A stretch of 63,998 nucleotides of DNA, the filler included, from Lenisia limosa (Eukaryota > Protista > Breviatea), in NCBI GenBank assembly GCA_001655205.1. It is 12 parts of 12 records of this genome, joined end to end, with 100 filler letters (N's around TTAATTAATTAA, not from the genome) between each part and the next. Parts side by side here need not be neighbours in the genome. Positions count along the whole stretch, not along the records: positions 1 to 4,002 come from LPNZ01004649.1; positions 4,103 to 7,142 come from LPNZ01000142.1; positions 7,243 to 9,367 come from LPNZ01008489.1; positions 9,468 to 40,335 come from LPNZ01007578.1; 8 more parts are not named here. The stretch is one strand, 5' to 3'. A model generated the notes under the pieces. It made no database searches and had not been told where the DNA came from. It was given only the letters and a program-made list of their open reading frames with translations. Shown piece after piece: positions 1 through 12,299 of the stretch (positions within the stretch are counted from its first letter, which is position 1; each line of letters opens with the position of its first letter). The position numbers were made by a program, and so were the translations under genes.

Positions 1-689
1 GTTTTCACATGCATGGGAGGGAGGAGGTGTAACAAGAGAAATAGCACCTCGTGTTTGTTTTTTTTTGTTTGTCGGGGAGGGGCTGAGAACATATAATATG
101 ATATGTAATTTAGTTTTAGCTCTCAAAAATAATCTATTTCAGACGACCCTACTTTTGACATCATTGAGTGAAAGCTGTTTTGCTTTTGTTCTCTTTGCTC
201 CTAAAAAGTTCAGCATCAGTGAAAAACAGTATTTTTCGGCCCCCCAATATAGAACTAAGAGAAAAACTGGAAAACGCTTGGGAGGAAATCAAATGTCCTT
301 TTCTTACGTGTTTGTCTTCGTTTTGATGGAGCACCTATATTGTAAAATGTTGGAAAAACTCTCCTGTGTAGTGGAATTCGGAATATGTTCAAATTGTGAA
401 AATGTTTAACCGTACAAGGGCACTTTAGAGATTATATACAATTTTCACTGAAATTCATAAGTCCTGACACAATTACTCTCGCGGTCAGCGAATAATAAAA
501 TTGGTCTCAAAAATGAAACTTTGATAGTCCGCACACTTGTCCTCTTGATAACTTTTGGCGCTTCACCTTCGCTATCACTGTCAAACTACATAGTAAAATA
601 ATGATGTTTGAAAAAAAAAAAAGTATCAGTGGATCATCACGATTAGGAAGATGTAAAATTAATTACACTCAGAATAAAAACCAATTAAC

Positions 690-1740
690 AGAAAGGGAAA
701 CACAATCCAGGAATTCTAGAAGACTGTATCAATACCAAAGTGCAGACTACTATTATCAAAATCATCAAGAACCTACGGTTAAGACAACCATCTATCGAGG
801 AAGGAGTGGAGGAATGGCAAACAGTTGAAGATACAACTGTTCCTTTTGCTCTCTATTTGGTGTCTTTTGATTGAATATGGATATGGCAAGGCTGAGAGGG
901 GCAGTTAGCTATATTAGTTCGTTTTATTTACTTGGCTGTTTTCTGCCAAAGCATGATATACCATGTTGGAAAGGCCTTTTTCGTGACTGTTACCTTTTAT
1001 AAAGTATTTATCTACACTACAGTGGGCTCAGGGAAATACTGGAGAGAGGAATCAAGGAAGCAAGAAAATACTTATTAATACACTAGTCCAGAACACCTTA
1101 TACATTGTGGTTTTGGGCATTTTGAGATAATGTTTCATCCATGTGTTCTCTTGTGTTTGTTTATGGAGCCAGCTGGTAGAGCTGGTATTAATATGGAGTA
1201 AAATATAGATAACGCAAAAAGAAAAAAACAAATTATTTTGATCAGTATCTCTTTCGATCACTGTCATTTCAAGTCCACCCATTCACAGACAGGTTTGTTG
1301 ATGGAGTAAATGTTTAACTTTATTATGCCAGCATAATATACCCAGCTAACTTGGGGAAACAGTGTTGGAACGATGGATATCAACTTCATGTGTCATTCAA
1401 TTCGACCAAGTAGATATAACAGTTCTACCTACCCGTTGATCCCACATGTAATTGAAACATTGAGTTTCGTGTTATTGTCGTTTAGCAGGTCACCTTTCGG
1501 TCTTTTACATTTGTGAACTGTCCTGTCACTTTTCGGGTCATGTTCATTCAATTATTACTGTGATAACTGACCGACAATGATACTCAAATACACTTGAGAT
1601 ATAACCCTCTTGCTTTCTTCGCTCATCATTTCGACTCGAAAATCGGGCATGCAATTGTTACAATATCACGTTTATCTGAAGTAGTGGAGCGATTTGGCAT
1701 CACATCCACTCTAGTTTGAATGCTTCATCAACCCTGTGAC
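690..1740 (+). pseudogene. Decayed or unresolved coding region of unknown family
   Basis: Protein-like frames KHNPGILEDCINTKVQTTIIKIIKNLRLRQP..., GLREILERGIKEARKYLLIH*SRTPYTLWFWAF*DN...YGASW*SWY*YGVKY and NPLAFFAHHFDSKIGHAIVTISRLSEVVERFG, broken by TAG, TGA and TAA stops. Confidence 0.45.
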
Positions 1741-1959
1741 ACTGTTTTTTTTTTTTTTTTTTNNNNNNNNNNNNNNNNNNNNNNNNNNNNNNNNNNNNNN
1801 NNNNNNNNNNNNNNNNNNNNNAGAAACATCTTTACTATTTTTAATTTGCCCCACACTCCTTTATTTTAATGTCTACAGTGTCAGCAACTCAGTTATTTCT
1901 GGACGGCTTCGGCCAGATACAACCTTTTTTCTCATTGATAGACTTATATTAATACTATT

Positions 1960-3830
1960 TCAGGGATCAGAGCGATGGGTACAAGTGAAGAGATGCAGGA
2001 GTTTCAGGAGGTGCGGAAGAGAGAGCCCCATCAAGCCGAAGTACGTGGCTGTCCGCGACCCCGTTTTCAAACAATTTAATTTCAAAATTTTGTGCAATTG
2101 TTTGTTCAAACAATCAATTGCACATATAGTTCTATGTCAACTGATCTTTGCCTCTTTTGGAAGTCTGGGGGAAACAACTCATTTTCTTTAGGAAAGTGCA
2201 GTTCAAGAAAATTCGGAGGTTCAAAATGGTAAGAACTACTTGGATTATTTATAGAGATGAGAAATAGATTGATTCCCGAGATGTACAATAAAACAAGGCC
2301 AGGATTATATTTATTGAAATCAAGATAATACAGTTAGTACTAATAATATCGTATCACTTTTTGGTCATTTTCGCACGCTTGAAGTATCATTTTCCACGCA
2401 GTGATATGTTACCTCATATCCACTCAAAAGTCGGTCATATCATCATATCACTTGTGGATATCAGTTAACATGTTGTAGGAACGGGGGTGAACCTCCAGGA
2501 AAGCAAAAGCACACCTTGTTTCGAGAATCTCGAGGAGGCGATAATAAAGCGGAAAGCTCGCCGACGTACTAGTAAGAGTGGACAATTTGAACCACGGAGG
2601 TTTACAGCTGACCATGTGGTGACTGGGATTAGTTTTAACCTATTTTCCTTTGGAAATAGCAAAGCGAATCGGTCAAAACTTACCCCAGTCACCGTGGGTA
2701 ATATACCACTTGTGAATAATCAATTAACCGACTTTTATCCACTTGTCGAAATGAAAGGTACCCATTTCCACTAGTGATATGATCACATGACCGACTTTTA
2801 AGTCGATTTGATGAATGATGATTATACGAGGGTTCATCCCGAGTGTATCAGAGCTTCATTGAGACTTGAGGTCAATTATCATGACATAGACAGAGACCGA
2901 AACTACCTTGTTTATTTTCCATCAACCCAGAAACGTGATCAACTTATTGCTGCATTTTATAAGGATTCTACTTCTTGTAAATTTACCAATTTTACCCCCC
3001 GTCCACCCCAGGTCTTATAGTTCTTCTCACCGGAGTGCTACTCTGTCTCTTGGGAGTGCTGGTGTTCAAATTCATCCCCACCGGGCGCAACCCCATGATA
3101 TTTGCTAACTGGGTCAGAGAGGGGGGGGGGGTAAAACCAGGGAAATTCCGATGAAGAATAAGAATATTTCGGACAAGTAACAATCACGAACAATACGAAT
3201 AATCTGACTCCGAACAAACACAAATTAGAATAACATGCATGAGAACTGTATACCATATCGATATGCAGAAAGGTTTTGTTGTTTTCAACCTCAATGTGCT
3301 CTTGCCAACAAAGTTAATTTTGGGCCTTTTTTTGTTTCATAAATTTTCCCATTTTACACCCACGCAGCAAGATGATGGAGTATGTGTTATTACTGGGCAT
3401 GAAGTCGGCAATTCAGGATACAACGGAATTGACTCTATAATTATTAGGGTCGATGTGTTCGTTGACAAGAAGGAAAAAGAAGATAGCAAGTGGGGGGGGG
3501 GCAGAGCAGTTTTTGTTTTTGTTTTTCATATTTTCCCCCTCTTTTCAGCCCCCCCCCCCNNNNNNNNNNNNNNNNNNNNNNNNNNNNNNNNNNNNNNNNN
3601 NNNNNNNNNNNNNNNNNNNNNNNNNNNNNNNNNNNNNNNNNNNNNNNNNNNNNNNNNNNNNNNNNNNNNNNNNNNNNNNNNNNNNNNNNNNNNNNNNNNN
3701 NNNCATTTTCCCCTTTTTACGTTCGTGATGTACCTTTACGCCTCCCCCACAGTGTCCTCTTCACATGCAGCATCAATAAGAAGTTCAATACCAAAAAGAG
3801 CGACGACAAGTCCGTCAAGTACAGGCTTGG
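1960..3830 (+). CDS. Partial multi-exon gene, unknown product
   Basis: Exon-like stretches separated by GT-AG introns, e.g. DDYTRVHPECIRASLRLEVNYHDIDRDRNYLVYFP, QDDGVCVITGHEVGNSGYNGIDSIIIRVDVFVDKK and YVRDVPLRLPHSVLFTCSINKKFNTKKSDDKSVKYRL. Confidence 0.5.
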
Positions 3831-3887
3831 TGAGAGTCTTCGCTGTACTTATGGAAAGTGGGAGGGGAGATTATGGAAAGTGGTGGC

Positions 3888-3987
3888 TTGAGCTTCACTT
3901 TCGGTTGCAAAAAGTGGACAAATTATCGATATTTATCGAGAATTTATCGAGAATTCAGTCTTTTTTGGAATAGAAAGTGAAGCTCTA
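3888..3987. mobile_element. hAT-type MITE (family A), 100 bp
   Basis: TIR ttgagcttcactttc...gaaagtgaagctcta, flanked by gtggtggc/gtggtggt (8-bp TSD). Core aatatcgatatttatcgag is shared with the other copies. Confidence 0.85.
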
Positions 3988-4046
3988 GTGGTGGTGGTGG
4001 TTNNNNNNNNNNNNNNNNNNNNNNNNNNNNNNNNNNNNNNNNNNNN

Positions 4047-4058
4047 TTAATTAATTAA
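4047..4058. other. Artificial contig linker TTAATTAATTAA (stop codons in all six frames)
   Basis: Identical 12-mer flanked by N runs. It recurs at 7187, 9412, 40380, 45373, 52354, 54229, 55839, 58940, 61722 and 62890, so the window is 12 concatenated contigs. Confidence 0.97.
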
Positions 4059-4429
4059 NNNNNNNNNNNNNNNNNNNNNNNNNNNNNNNNNNNNNNNNNN
4101 NNGACATAGTCAAAACAAAACAATATTCAAAAAAATGGCTACAACAGAGGCAAAGATACAAAAAATCTCAAATCAACGCAAAGACCTAAAAGCGAGAGTC
4201 TTAGATTTCCTTTGATAATGATTAAAGGTTTCTACCATTACAGTTACGGGGTAAATGCAGAGGAGGAGATAAGCACAACATTAAACTAAAAGTGAGTTTA
4301 AAGGTGTTGACACTCCAAAATGTTCAACTTGCGATGTGTCTTTATTGTATTATCTTCCCAATTGTCTGGACGATCGATAAATCATGGCAAACGAACAAAC
4401 TCCGTCCGCCTTCTGACTTCAACGGTAGG

Positions 4430-4980
4430 GTCGCCGCCGTAATAGCACTTACTCCTGCAAGCGCTTTCTTGGGGCTTCTGGCTTTGATGTCAACAAGGTG
4501 AAGGCCTTCCTGCGAAACCCTTCTAACCAGGACAAATATGAGAATATGCAGGCAGAGGAGACCGCTGCAAGGTAAGCTTATTCTTTTTTTGCTGCCCATA
4601 CGATGAGCGATCAGAAGTACTTCCGAGGAGCCTTCGCCACATGGAGTGGAGGCCCTTCCAAGCCCAAGTTTCTTCCGCAGTAATCATAAGAAAAGCATCA
4701 GTGATGCTGATTGCCCCGACTGGTGGCGGGAGGAGTGCGCCTGTCCTCTTTGAACTGTAGCCCACACATAGATAAGTTTGATTTTCTTGACGAATTTGTG
4801 AACAGCTGTTTAGGCCTTTCTATCCTCGGCAGTCTATCGATGAAGCCATATGTACTTTAATTCACGAGATCCAGTATTTGAAGATGACATTTCCTTCGTC
4901 CCCTTCGTATCACTCCCGTCGACGGTGTCCCGAGGAACCCCAACAAATACGCTCACCAACCTGCGATTGAGAGTTCACCA
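4430..4980 (+). CDS. Multi-exon gene fragment, possibly CRAL-TRIO N-terminal-like
   Basis: Exon KRFLGASGFDVNKVKAFLRNPSNQDKYENM ends at a gtaagc donor and loosely resembles the RFLRARKFDVEKA motif. Confidence 0.3.
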
Positions 4981-5153
4981 ATAAATAGATTTCATTTGAA
5001 GTATTTTTTAAGGGTGGAAGCATAATCGTCATTCTATCTTTTCTTCTCTGTTTCACATTTCAAGTAAATCAGCAGATTTGAATGCAAATTACCAACGGTG
5101 CAGGGTTTGGTGGAGATTTTTCAAATGATCATGAAGCAGAATCCCGCTTTTAC

Positions 5154-5588
5154 GGTGGTTCAGTAGTTGTTTTATTGTGGCCAATAAAGATGAACTGTAC
5201 GTGCAGTTTTCAAAATGACGCTTCGGATAATTCCAACATGCAAATTTTAAAAATGAGTAAAAAAGGCCTGGAATGTGCCTAATCGAGGTATATGAGTCCA
5301 ATAGTGCAAAAACTAGAAAATGGTGCAGTACTGGATGTGCGTACTTGACGGGAATAATGTAAATTCCTCAAATATCATGTTTAAACCGTCAAAAAATAAA
5401 AATGTTGGAGCCAAAAAGGTCCAATATTGGAACAACCTCGGGAGTCGGAAAAATGGTCAAAAAAAAATTTTCTATCCGAAGTTATTTTATATGAAAAACT
5501 ACCTACGAAATTACACCGAAGGGTGTTTTTCAAAACTGCACACATGGCTTCAAAATATTTTGCAAAACAAAACAGCGACTGAACCACC
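5154..5588. mobile_element. Kolobok-like MITE (TTAA target, GG...CC ends)
   Basis: TIR ggtggttcagt...actgaaccacc followed by ttaa at 5589 (left TSD ttac). Same TIR as 12351-12644. Confidence 0.8.
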
Positions 5589-5999
5589 TTAAAAATACAA
5601 CGCAGAATATGATCAATAGAATAAAAAGAATGAATACATAAAAAAAAACAGGAGACATGAGTTCCTTTGAACAACAACTAACCTCAAACAAGTCTACAAA
5701 GAAGATAAACACGAATATTCTACAATTAGAGAAAAAGGAAGGGTAATACACAATTGCTTAGGGGGAAACAAAAATCATTTCAAAACACTACACTGTAACA
5801 AAACCCCTTTTAATTTCAAAGAATCGAAACCCGAAGAAAACCAACGTGAAAAGAATGACAACACAAAAACAAACCCTTTTATAAAAAGAAAACTGAAGAA
5901 AACCAAAGTGAAGAATAACTACAAAAATAGTTGTCCCTTTTACTTTCATTGAATCGAAAGAGACGAAAACAATCGTTGGAACATCTCGTGGCGACCTCA

Positions 6000-7110
6000 C
6001 TTTGAAAAGGGAGTTGTACCAGTCGTATTGGAAGATCCTGCGGTATCAGTAACTGACTTTATACCGCCATTGTAAAGTATGATATTCACACTGGTACAAA
6101 TAGGAGGGTGGAGAATAATACAAGTTGCCATAGATGCCCAGATGTCCACTCAAATGTCAGGCAATTAGGGTACCACGACGAATCAAAAATACCGGTAAAA
6201 TATCGATCGTTTTCGGGGATTAAGATAAATCAGTCTTTGTTTTGAACCAAAGTAAAGCTAAAATAAGCTAAATACCCACTGGTCACATACCATGTATTTG
6301 ACATATCAGCAGACAGGGCTGACTCTGAGTTAAACTTGAGATACACATAGAAATGGCCCTACTTTGTCAATTTTGTTTTGTATCAAATAGTTAAAAAATA
6401 TTTTATTTCTTGATCCAAAAAAGGGGATTTGTGAGACAATGCATAAACCTAGACCAATATGGTAGCTTGACACAAGAACAGCAACACTTCAAAAAGAAAA
6501 CAGTCTTTTCGATAAATGGCTAGATTTGAGGTGTCGTTTTGGATCGAATAAAGCGCCTAGCAATAACGATATTATCGATGATTTATCGAGAATTCCGTCT
6601 TTTGTACTCTTTACAAACGCCTACCAAGGAAGACGTAGACTCTTGGAGTACCGCATTGACTCGTTTGTGCACCCCTCTCGTCAGTCTGCGATAGGTGTGA
6701 TTTTTCATACTTTTATGTATATATACCCCTCTTGTCTGTCTGTATTTTGTGATTATTTCATACATATCATTTGTATTTGTATGTACATGCTGTAGTAAGT
6801 ATTTTACGATTAATTTCTTCTCATACATCAGAAGTATTTTGCTGTTTTAAATATCACCTAAAAAAAACACCTAGAAAGAGAAATTTTGAGGGTTCCTCAC
6901 AATTTTAAAACATATAGTATGAAATATATCATGTATATATATAAAAAGAATAATACAGTGATTCTGGGGGTACTATGAATGCACCTTCTTGCTATCAAAA
7001 ATAGTTACTGGGCCTACTTTGGATAGCCTCCAGCCAGGTTCTGTGTACTCAGCAGCTTGGCAGTGTTGATGAGCCCAGCGCCGCTGAATGGTTACTAGTA
7101 ATATAATTCC
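6000..7110 (-). CDS. Partial multi-exon gene, unknown product, with very short introns
   Basis: Spliced reading QRRWAHQHCQAAEYTEPGWRLSK|QEGAFIVP..., TDERGAQTSQCGTPRVYVFL, GHFYVYLKFNSESALSADMSNT and LSGHLGIYGN|FVNIILYNGGIKSVTDTAG. GT-AG introns at 6992-7017 (26 nt) and 6091-6121 (31 nt). Confidence 0.55.
6166..6262. mobile_element. Degenerate family A MITE (intronic)
   Basis: tagggtaccac...ccggtaaaatatcgatc...cagtcttt...gaaccaaagtaaagcta aligns to the family A consensus. Confidence 0.6.
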
Positions 7111-7249
7111 CTCACAGCATTTTGGATCTAAAATGACAAAAANNNNNNNNNNNNNNNNNNNNNNNNNNNNNNNNNNNNNNNNNNNNTTAATTAATTAANN
7201 NNNNNNNNNNNNNNNNNNNNNNNNNNNNNNNNNNNNNNNNNNACACACA

Positions 7250-9280
7250 CAGACACACACACTATTGACCCCTCCACCCACCACGGTCACTATTGCCTGG
7301 AAAGAGTGCTGCAGAAGCTCGGAGCCTATTGCTGACGCCCTTAAGGGAAAGGGGGTGAATTGGACAATTTTAATTTTTTTTTTTAAAAAAAAAGGTTTAA
7401 AATCAAGTGGTTGGGAGGGTGGACCATCTATTTTACATAAAACCCAAAATCAACTATGTTGACTAGCAACACACAAGGGTTGATAACAATAAAACAAACA
7501 AAGCCCAGNNNNNNNNNNNNNNNNNNNNNNNNNNNNNNNNNNNNNNNNNNNNNNNNTGCTTCTGAAGTACCGCATCGGATTCGCGAGTTACCTTCACCCC
7601 ACCCACCAAAGCCCTCCATCACTTAGAAGGGATGTAGCCGTCTTCAAGGATTCCGACCGTACAGCCTAGAAAAAGTGAGGCATAATTGCAAGACGTGGAG
7701 ATATTGATTAGAGTAAAAGAGAGGTATGATTGTAGCATTTGTATATTTTATGCCGTGAAAACCAATACGTTAGAAAGAAGACATTGATTTTGTATCTATA
7801 TATGTGGCTTCAATTCGGTTCGAAAAAAGACGGAATTTCTCGATAAATCCTCGATGTTTTCGAACCGAAGTGAAGCCATAGTATCACGCCACCAACACTA
7901 CTAGGGTGGTAGTAGAACGGAAACAACCGTCTTGCTAATACGCATCGTCGTGTCTCCAGAATAGGACAGTCCGTCTCGTCTCCTCTGAAATTGTTAGTAA
8001 ATAATCAGTGAAATCGTAAGTCTTTGTCTTTGCGGGTAAATCTCCCCTGAAATTCTCAGTAAATCTGCTTTAGCATAATACCCCTACATTATATGTATAT
8101 AGCTAATATATGTTATATGATATGTCTAATACTATGTATAGCAATGAGAAAAAAAAGGTTGTATTTGGCCATCTATACCTCATAGAGTGTAGTATAATAT
8201 GGGAACTCCCCTCCCCCATAATTCCCCGTATCATATGATACATGTATAATATACTAATTATGCATATTAACCCATAATATATATGATATGTGAAACCCAT
8301 ACTCCAATCCAGAAAATGACAAAATTTCTCGATAATTCATCGAAATATTTCGATAGTTGAAGGGGCTTTTCGTACCGGAGTAGAACCCCTGCCGATAACC
8401 CCAATATGTCTCCCACGTTTATACCCTATGATATGTATCCCACTGTGAATTTGTACTGGTTTTACTATTTCTGAAATTTTCCAATTTGATATCTCAAGTA
8501 GCATCCAATATTCACCCATTCTCTCCTCTCTCTCATGGATATAACGTATTTAGAGCAGGGTGGTTATTCAGAAAATTGGCTCGGATTTTCGTTCATTTTC
8601 TCTAAAATTGGCGCAGTACATGATTTACGCCAAAGCTTGGAGTCTTTAAACTGAAGTAACGGGTAATTATTAACAAAAAAGTAATTCCTTTCAAAAGAAG
8701 GCACCTTAGAACAATTTTCAAAATTACCCGTTACTTCAGTTTAAAGACTCCAAGCTTTGGCGTAAATCATGTACAATATGCGCCAATCTTAGAGAAAATT
8801 GAACGAAAATCCGGGCCAATTTTCTGAATTACCACCCTGCTTTAATCCCCATCCAGTTCCTAAAATCTCACCCCCCACTTAAGCTGGGCGGCAAGGAGTT
8901 CCGTTTCTGGAAGGGCCAAATTGGACGAGTGGATCCCTAGGAAAATTAATATTAATAAACTGGGGTCCTTGGAAAATGAATTAGTAAATTGGGGGACTGA
9001 AACCCAAGGAATATTAATTAATAGAAGAATCCTAGGAAAAGTACCACCCCCCCCCCCAAGACAAGTCCTAACTAAGTAGAGCTTCACTTTCGGTTCCAAC
9101 AGACTGACAAAATATCGATATTTATCGAGGATTTATCGAGAATTCAGTCTTTTTTTGGAACCGAAAGCGAAACTTGTAACTAAGCCGTCCCACGATTAAG
9201 AAGGGACAAGAACGATTCAGTTGAGGCCGAAATGTCGTCCAATTCGTGGAGGTGCCCCCAGAGCGAGATGCAAAGTCTGC
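7250..9280 (-). CDS. Partial multi-exon gene, unknown product
   Basis: Exons TLHLALGHLHELDDISASTESFLSLLN, GIHSSNLALPETELLAAQL, EETRRTVLFWRHDD and CTVGILEDGYIPS, bounded by GT/AG and separated by repeat-filled introns. Confidence 0.5.
7803..7880. mobile_element. Family A MITE, internally deleted
   Basis: tgtggcttcaattcggttcgaaaa...ttttcgaaccgaagtgaagccata. Confidence 0.7.
8292..8391. mobile_element. Degenerate family A MITE
   Basis: Core aatttctcgataattcatcgaaatatttcgatag with a degenerate gaacccctg end. Confidence 0.5.
8554..8841. mobile_element. Long-TIR MITE with TTAA-type target (Kolobok-like AG...CT ends)
   Basis: About 110-bp near-perfect inverted arms (agcagggtggttattcagaaaattgg...ctgaagtaacgggtaatt / reverse complement), flanked by ttag and ttaa. 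Confidence 0.85.
9077..9176. mobile_element. hAT-type MITE (family A), 100 bp
   Basis: Starts tagagcttcac, with a perfect 8-bp TSD taactaag at 9069-9076 and 9177-9184. Confidence 0.9.
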
Positions 9281-9989
9281 AGGGTGGGGGGGGAGTAAAA
9301 TTTATTAAACATAAAAAAGCCCAAATCAACTCTGTTGACGAGCAACAAACGAGGGTTGATAACAACANNNNNNNNNNNNNNNNNNNNNNNNNNNNNNNNN
9401 NNNNNNNNNNNTTAATTAATTAANNNNNNNNNNNNNNNNNNNNNNNNNNNNNNNNNNNNNNNNNNNNTTCCGCTATATATATATGTATACCAACAAAAAA
9501 GCTAACCCATACCCCCCCACTTACGGCCATTTTCTAAAGCTGCGAGCTTCATCCAGTACAAGACCTGCTGCAAGACCGGCTTTGCTGGCGCGCTTGAAAA
9601 CCGCAATTGCTTTTGGATGCTACTTGATCTTGGCGTTGAAGTTTCCTTTATATAAGGATGTCGTGTCATCCATTTCAGAAAAGAGCGACACGTCCTACCC
9701 GGATTTTTCTGTCGACTGTTCAACTCTCACAAAGTGACATTCAAAGGTGGGCGGTCAGCTTGACTGAGTACTGCTTTTAATTTCCATCATTAAGACGTAT
9801 CACAACGCTTATTTGCCTATTTTTATCACGTGCCTGACTTCGCAGCTACAAGGGTTCGGAGACGCTGATGCTCAAGGGTGACCTTGACTGTACCGGAGTT
9901 GCCCTCCCTCAGTTGACCCTTGTAAGCCCTCTTACTCTGGCTTGAGTACAAACTTTGATCAATTTATGTCTTCTCATAAAATGTGGCAT

Positions 9990-10680
9990 TACCACATCAA
10001 CTTAAATTCCTTAAACATGATGAACTGACCTGACCTGACCCTCCAGTCTTCTATTCGAGGCAACGGTTTCTCAATTATCGGACTCAAATCCTTGGTATTG
10101 AGCGGTAAACCTTTTGTGGATGATCTGATGAAACCTGCTTTAACGTTTAGCACGCACCCTTCATTTTCGAGCGCTATTTCAACATGATGGAGACTCACAT
10201 TGTTGGTGCTAAAGGTGGGTCTCAACAGATGTCTCTTTGGGTTTTAGTGTATTTTTGGGGGGAACGAGAGTACCGAAGTTGCCCATCTCTTCTTACTGCC
10301 TAGTGCCCATGCTCATCGAGCCTGCGTTTGTTTCCATTTCTGACTGTTCAATTGACACGGTCATCACCGGCGAGGGCAGCGTCAACCACAATTGCTTTCT
10401 TTGTCTGTTCTGGGGGTAAGAAGACTAAGTTGTCAAGAACGACAAAGGAGCTTTGATACAAACTGAGGGTGATGTCACTGATGTCGGTCTTGGCGGTAAC
10501 CTTTCAGCCGCAGAACCTTGATGGCGCCGGCAGCCTCGATCCGCATGATCTGCTCTTCAACTGTTGGGAGCTTTAAATAACCTCCATCGAAGCATATGGG
10601 ACCGGGTCCTCAAATTGAGGTCCCTCAATAACCTGCGGTGTGATGAGGTTTGGGAAAATAGGGAGATCACAAGGAAACAA
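9990..10680 (-). pseudogene. Decayed ORF of unknown family downstream of the capsid remnant
   Basis: Frameshifted protein-like frames FPCDLPIFPNLITPQVIEGPQFEDPV, LPTVEEQIMRIEAAGAIKVLRLK, VTAKTDISDITLSLYQSSFVVLDNLVFLPPEQTKKAIVVD and HHVEIALENEGCVLNVKAGF. Confidence 0.4.
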
Positions 10681-10899
10681 TTGTGAGAGAGTAGAGCCTG
10701 TATAATTTGACCTAAGTGTTACAATTAATAACAAAATACGAAAGGGAAGTCATGAAGAGGGATTTCCCAACCAACCATGTCTTTTATGACAAGCCCAGAG
10801 ATCTAGCTGAGAAGGGAATTAGAAATATAGAGTGTAAAAAAAGTAACAAGAGCGAAAAAGTTGAAAGCTTCCAGGGTATAAGGAAGAGAACTAATTTTC

Positions 10900-11963
10900 T
10901 GAGACAATAACCGCTGGCGTCCAGGGAAGCAACATCCCTATGGTTAGCACTTGAGTTAATACAGGCACGCTTGTAACGAGTATAAGAGTTGAAAACATCA
11001 TTTACATTTAGATCATTTTCATATCCATCATTAGGGAACCTAGTTGTACCAATAGTTGCATGGTGCTTTTTCATTCTCAATGTTACGTATGTTCCAGTTG
11101 CAGGTGAAGTTGTCCAGTTAATTTTTTGTATGTCAATTGCTGAAGCTAAGTTATTTACTCGGCAAGATGAAACTTCATCCTTGTTCCCAGCAGGGATTTG
11201 CTTACCAGCCTGAAGATTCTGATGAAGATAAGTGTGAGTAATTTTATCACCCAAGATGCTCATGCCTTGCAGCTTACCCTTGTTTGAAAGATGAATCTCA
11301 CGACCCTTAAGCATAACCTTTTTCGCGCTTTAATTAAACAGCAATTGAATCGGCACAAGTTGTACACAATACTTCATCTTGCTTTCTAAACTTAATGTCA
11401 ATATCATATGTGCTAGAAGGAGAAAGTACAGGTTTAGTTTTCATGAATGAAAACAGTACAGCAAGAAGAATTATTCTCTCACCCAGTCACCAGTTATGTA
11501 AACAGCCTTTCCAAGCTTTGCAGTATTATCTTCTCTTGGGTCGTATAAACAAACTCGGTAAGCCCAACAGTTCTCAAATAATCATTAGTGTAATGTTTGT
11601 CCATATAGTTATCTGCGAGAATACCAGCTGAACTGTTATCAACAGGAGGACAACCGCTGAAGTTGCACTACGAATACTAATCTTCTCAATTTGATAATAT
11701 GAGCTGGCATAACAGAATGATTGCTTGGCTGCAGTGTCAGCTACAGTATTGTTATATACAGTACCATCGGCCTGCAATTATATTTTTCTCTAGTATACAG
11801 CTAGAGTTTCTGTTTCAATAAACTTATCTTTAGTTGCTGTAATTCGAAATGTTAATGTATCCTCATCTGGAGTAGTTGCATTTATTTTTTGAAAATCGGT
11901 CACACTTTCGATAACGGCGTCATAGGGGATTGTAAATCTGACGTTCAGGAAAGCTGTTTTCGT
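10900..11963 (-). pseudogene. Polinton/Polinton-like virus major capsid protein (double jelly-roll), frameshifted
   Basis: N-terminus KTAFLNVRFTIPYDAVIESVTDFQKINATTPDEDTLTFRITATKDKFIETETLAVY matches the LNxxxxPxxDxSIxxxExxxxxP...IxFxI...DxF start recalled for Polinton MCPs. C-terminal TLRMKKHHATIGTTRFPNDGYENDLNVNDVFNSYTRY matches the v.ing..YP...lD....dy..aY motif. Intronless, about 350 codons, with several stops and frameshifts. Confidence 0.7.
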
Positions 11964-12299
11964 TCGACCCGATATAATTATTTAGGCCACATGCAAATGG
12001 TGTCTCATTAACTGTGTCCTTTGCCTTTATGGTATTCCTGTTTATGTCAGTAGCAATAGAATGTATTTGATATCAATGAACCTTTCAAATCTTCTTGTGT
12101 CCTGTTTATATCAGTAGCTATAGATACTTATTTGAATTACAAATCATCATTCAAATCTTCCTTTTTTACGGATGAAAAATTCCCAAAGTTGGTCGTTAAA
12201 AGAACTGAACGGTGCAGGCGGGCATATGCATCTAACCCTTCCATAATATATTCTCCCAAGCTCCAACTCAATGAAAAAAGAAATGAATCTTATACATGT

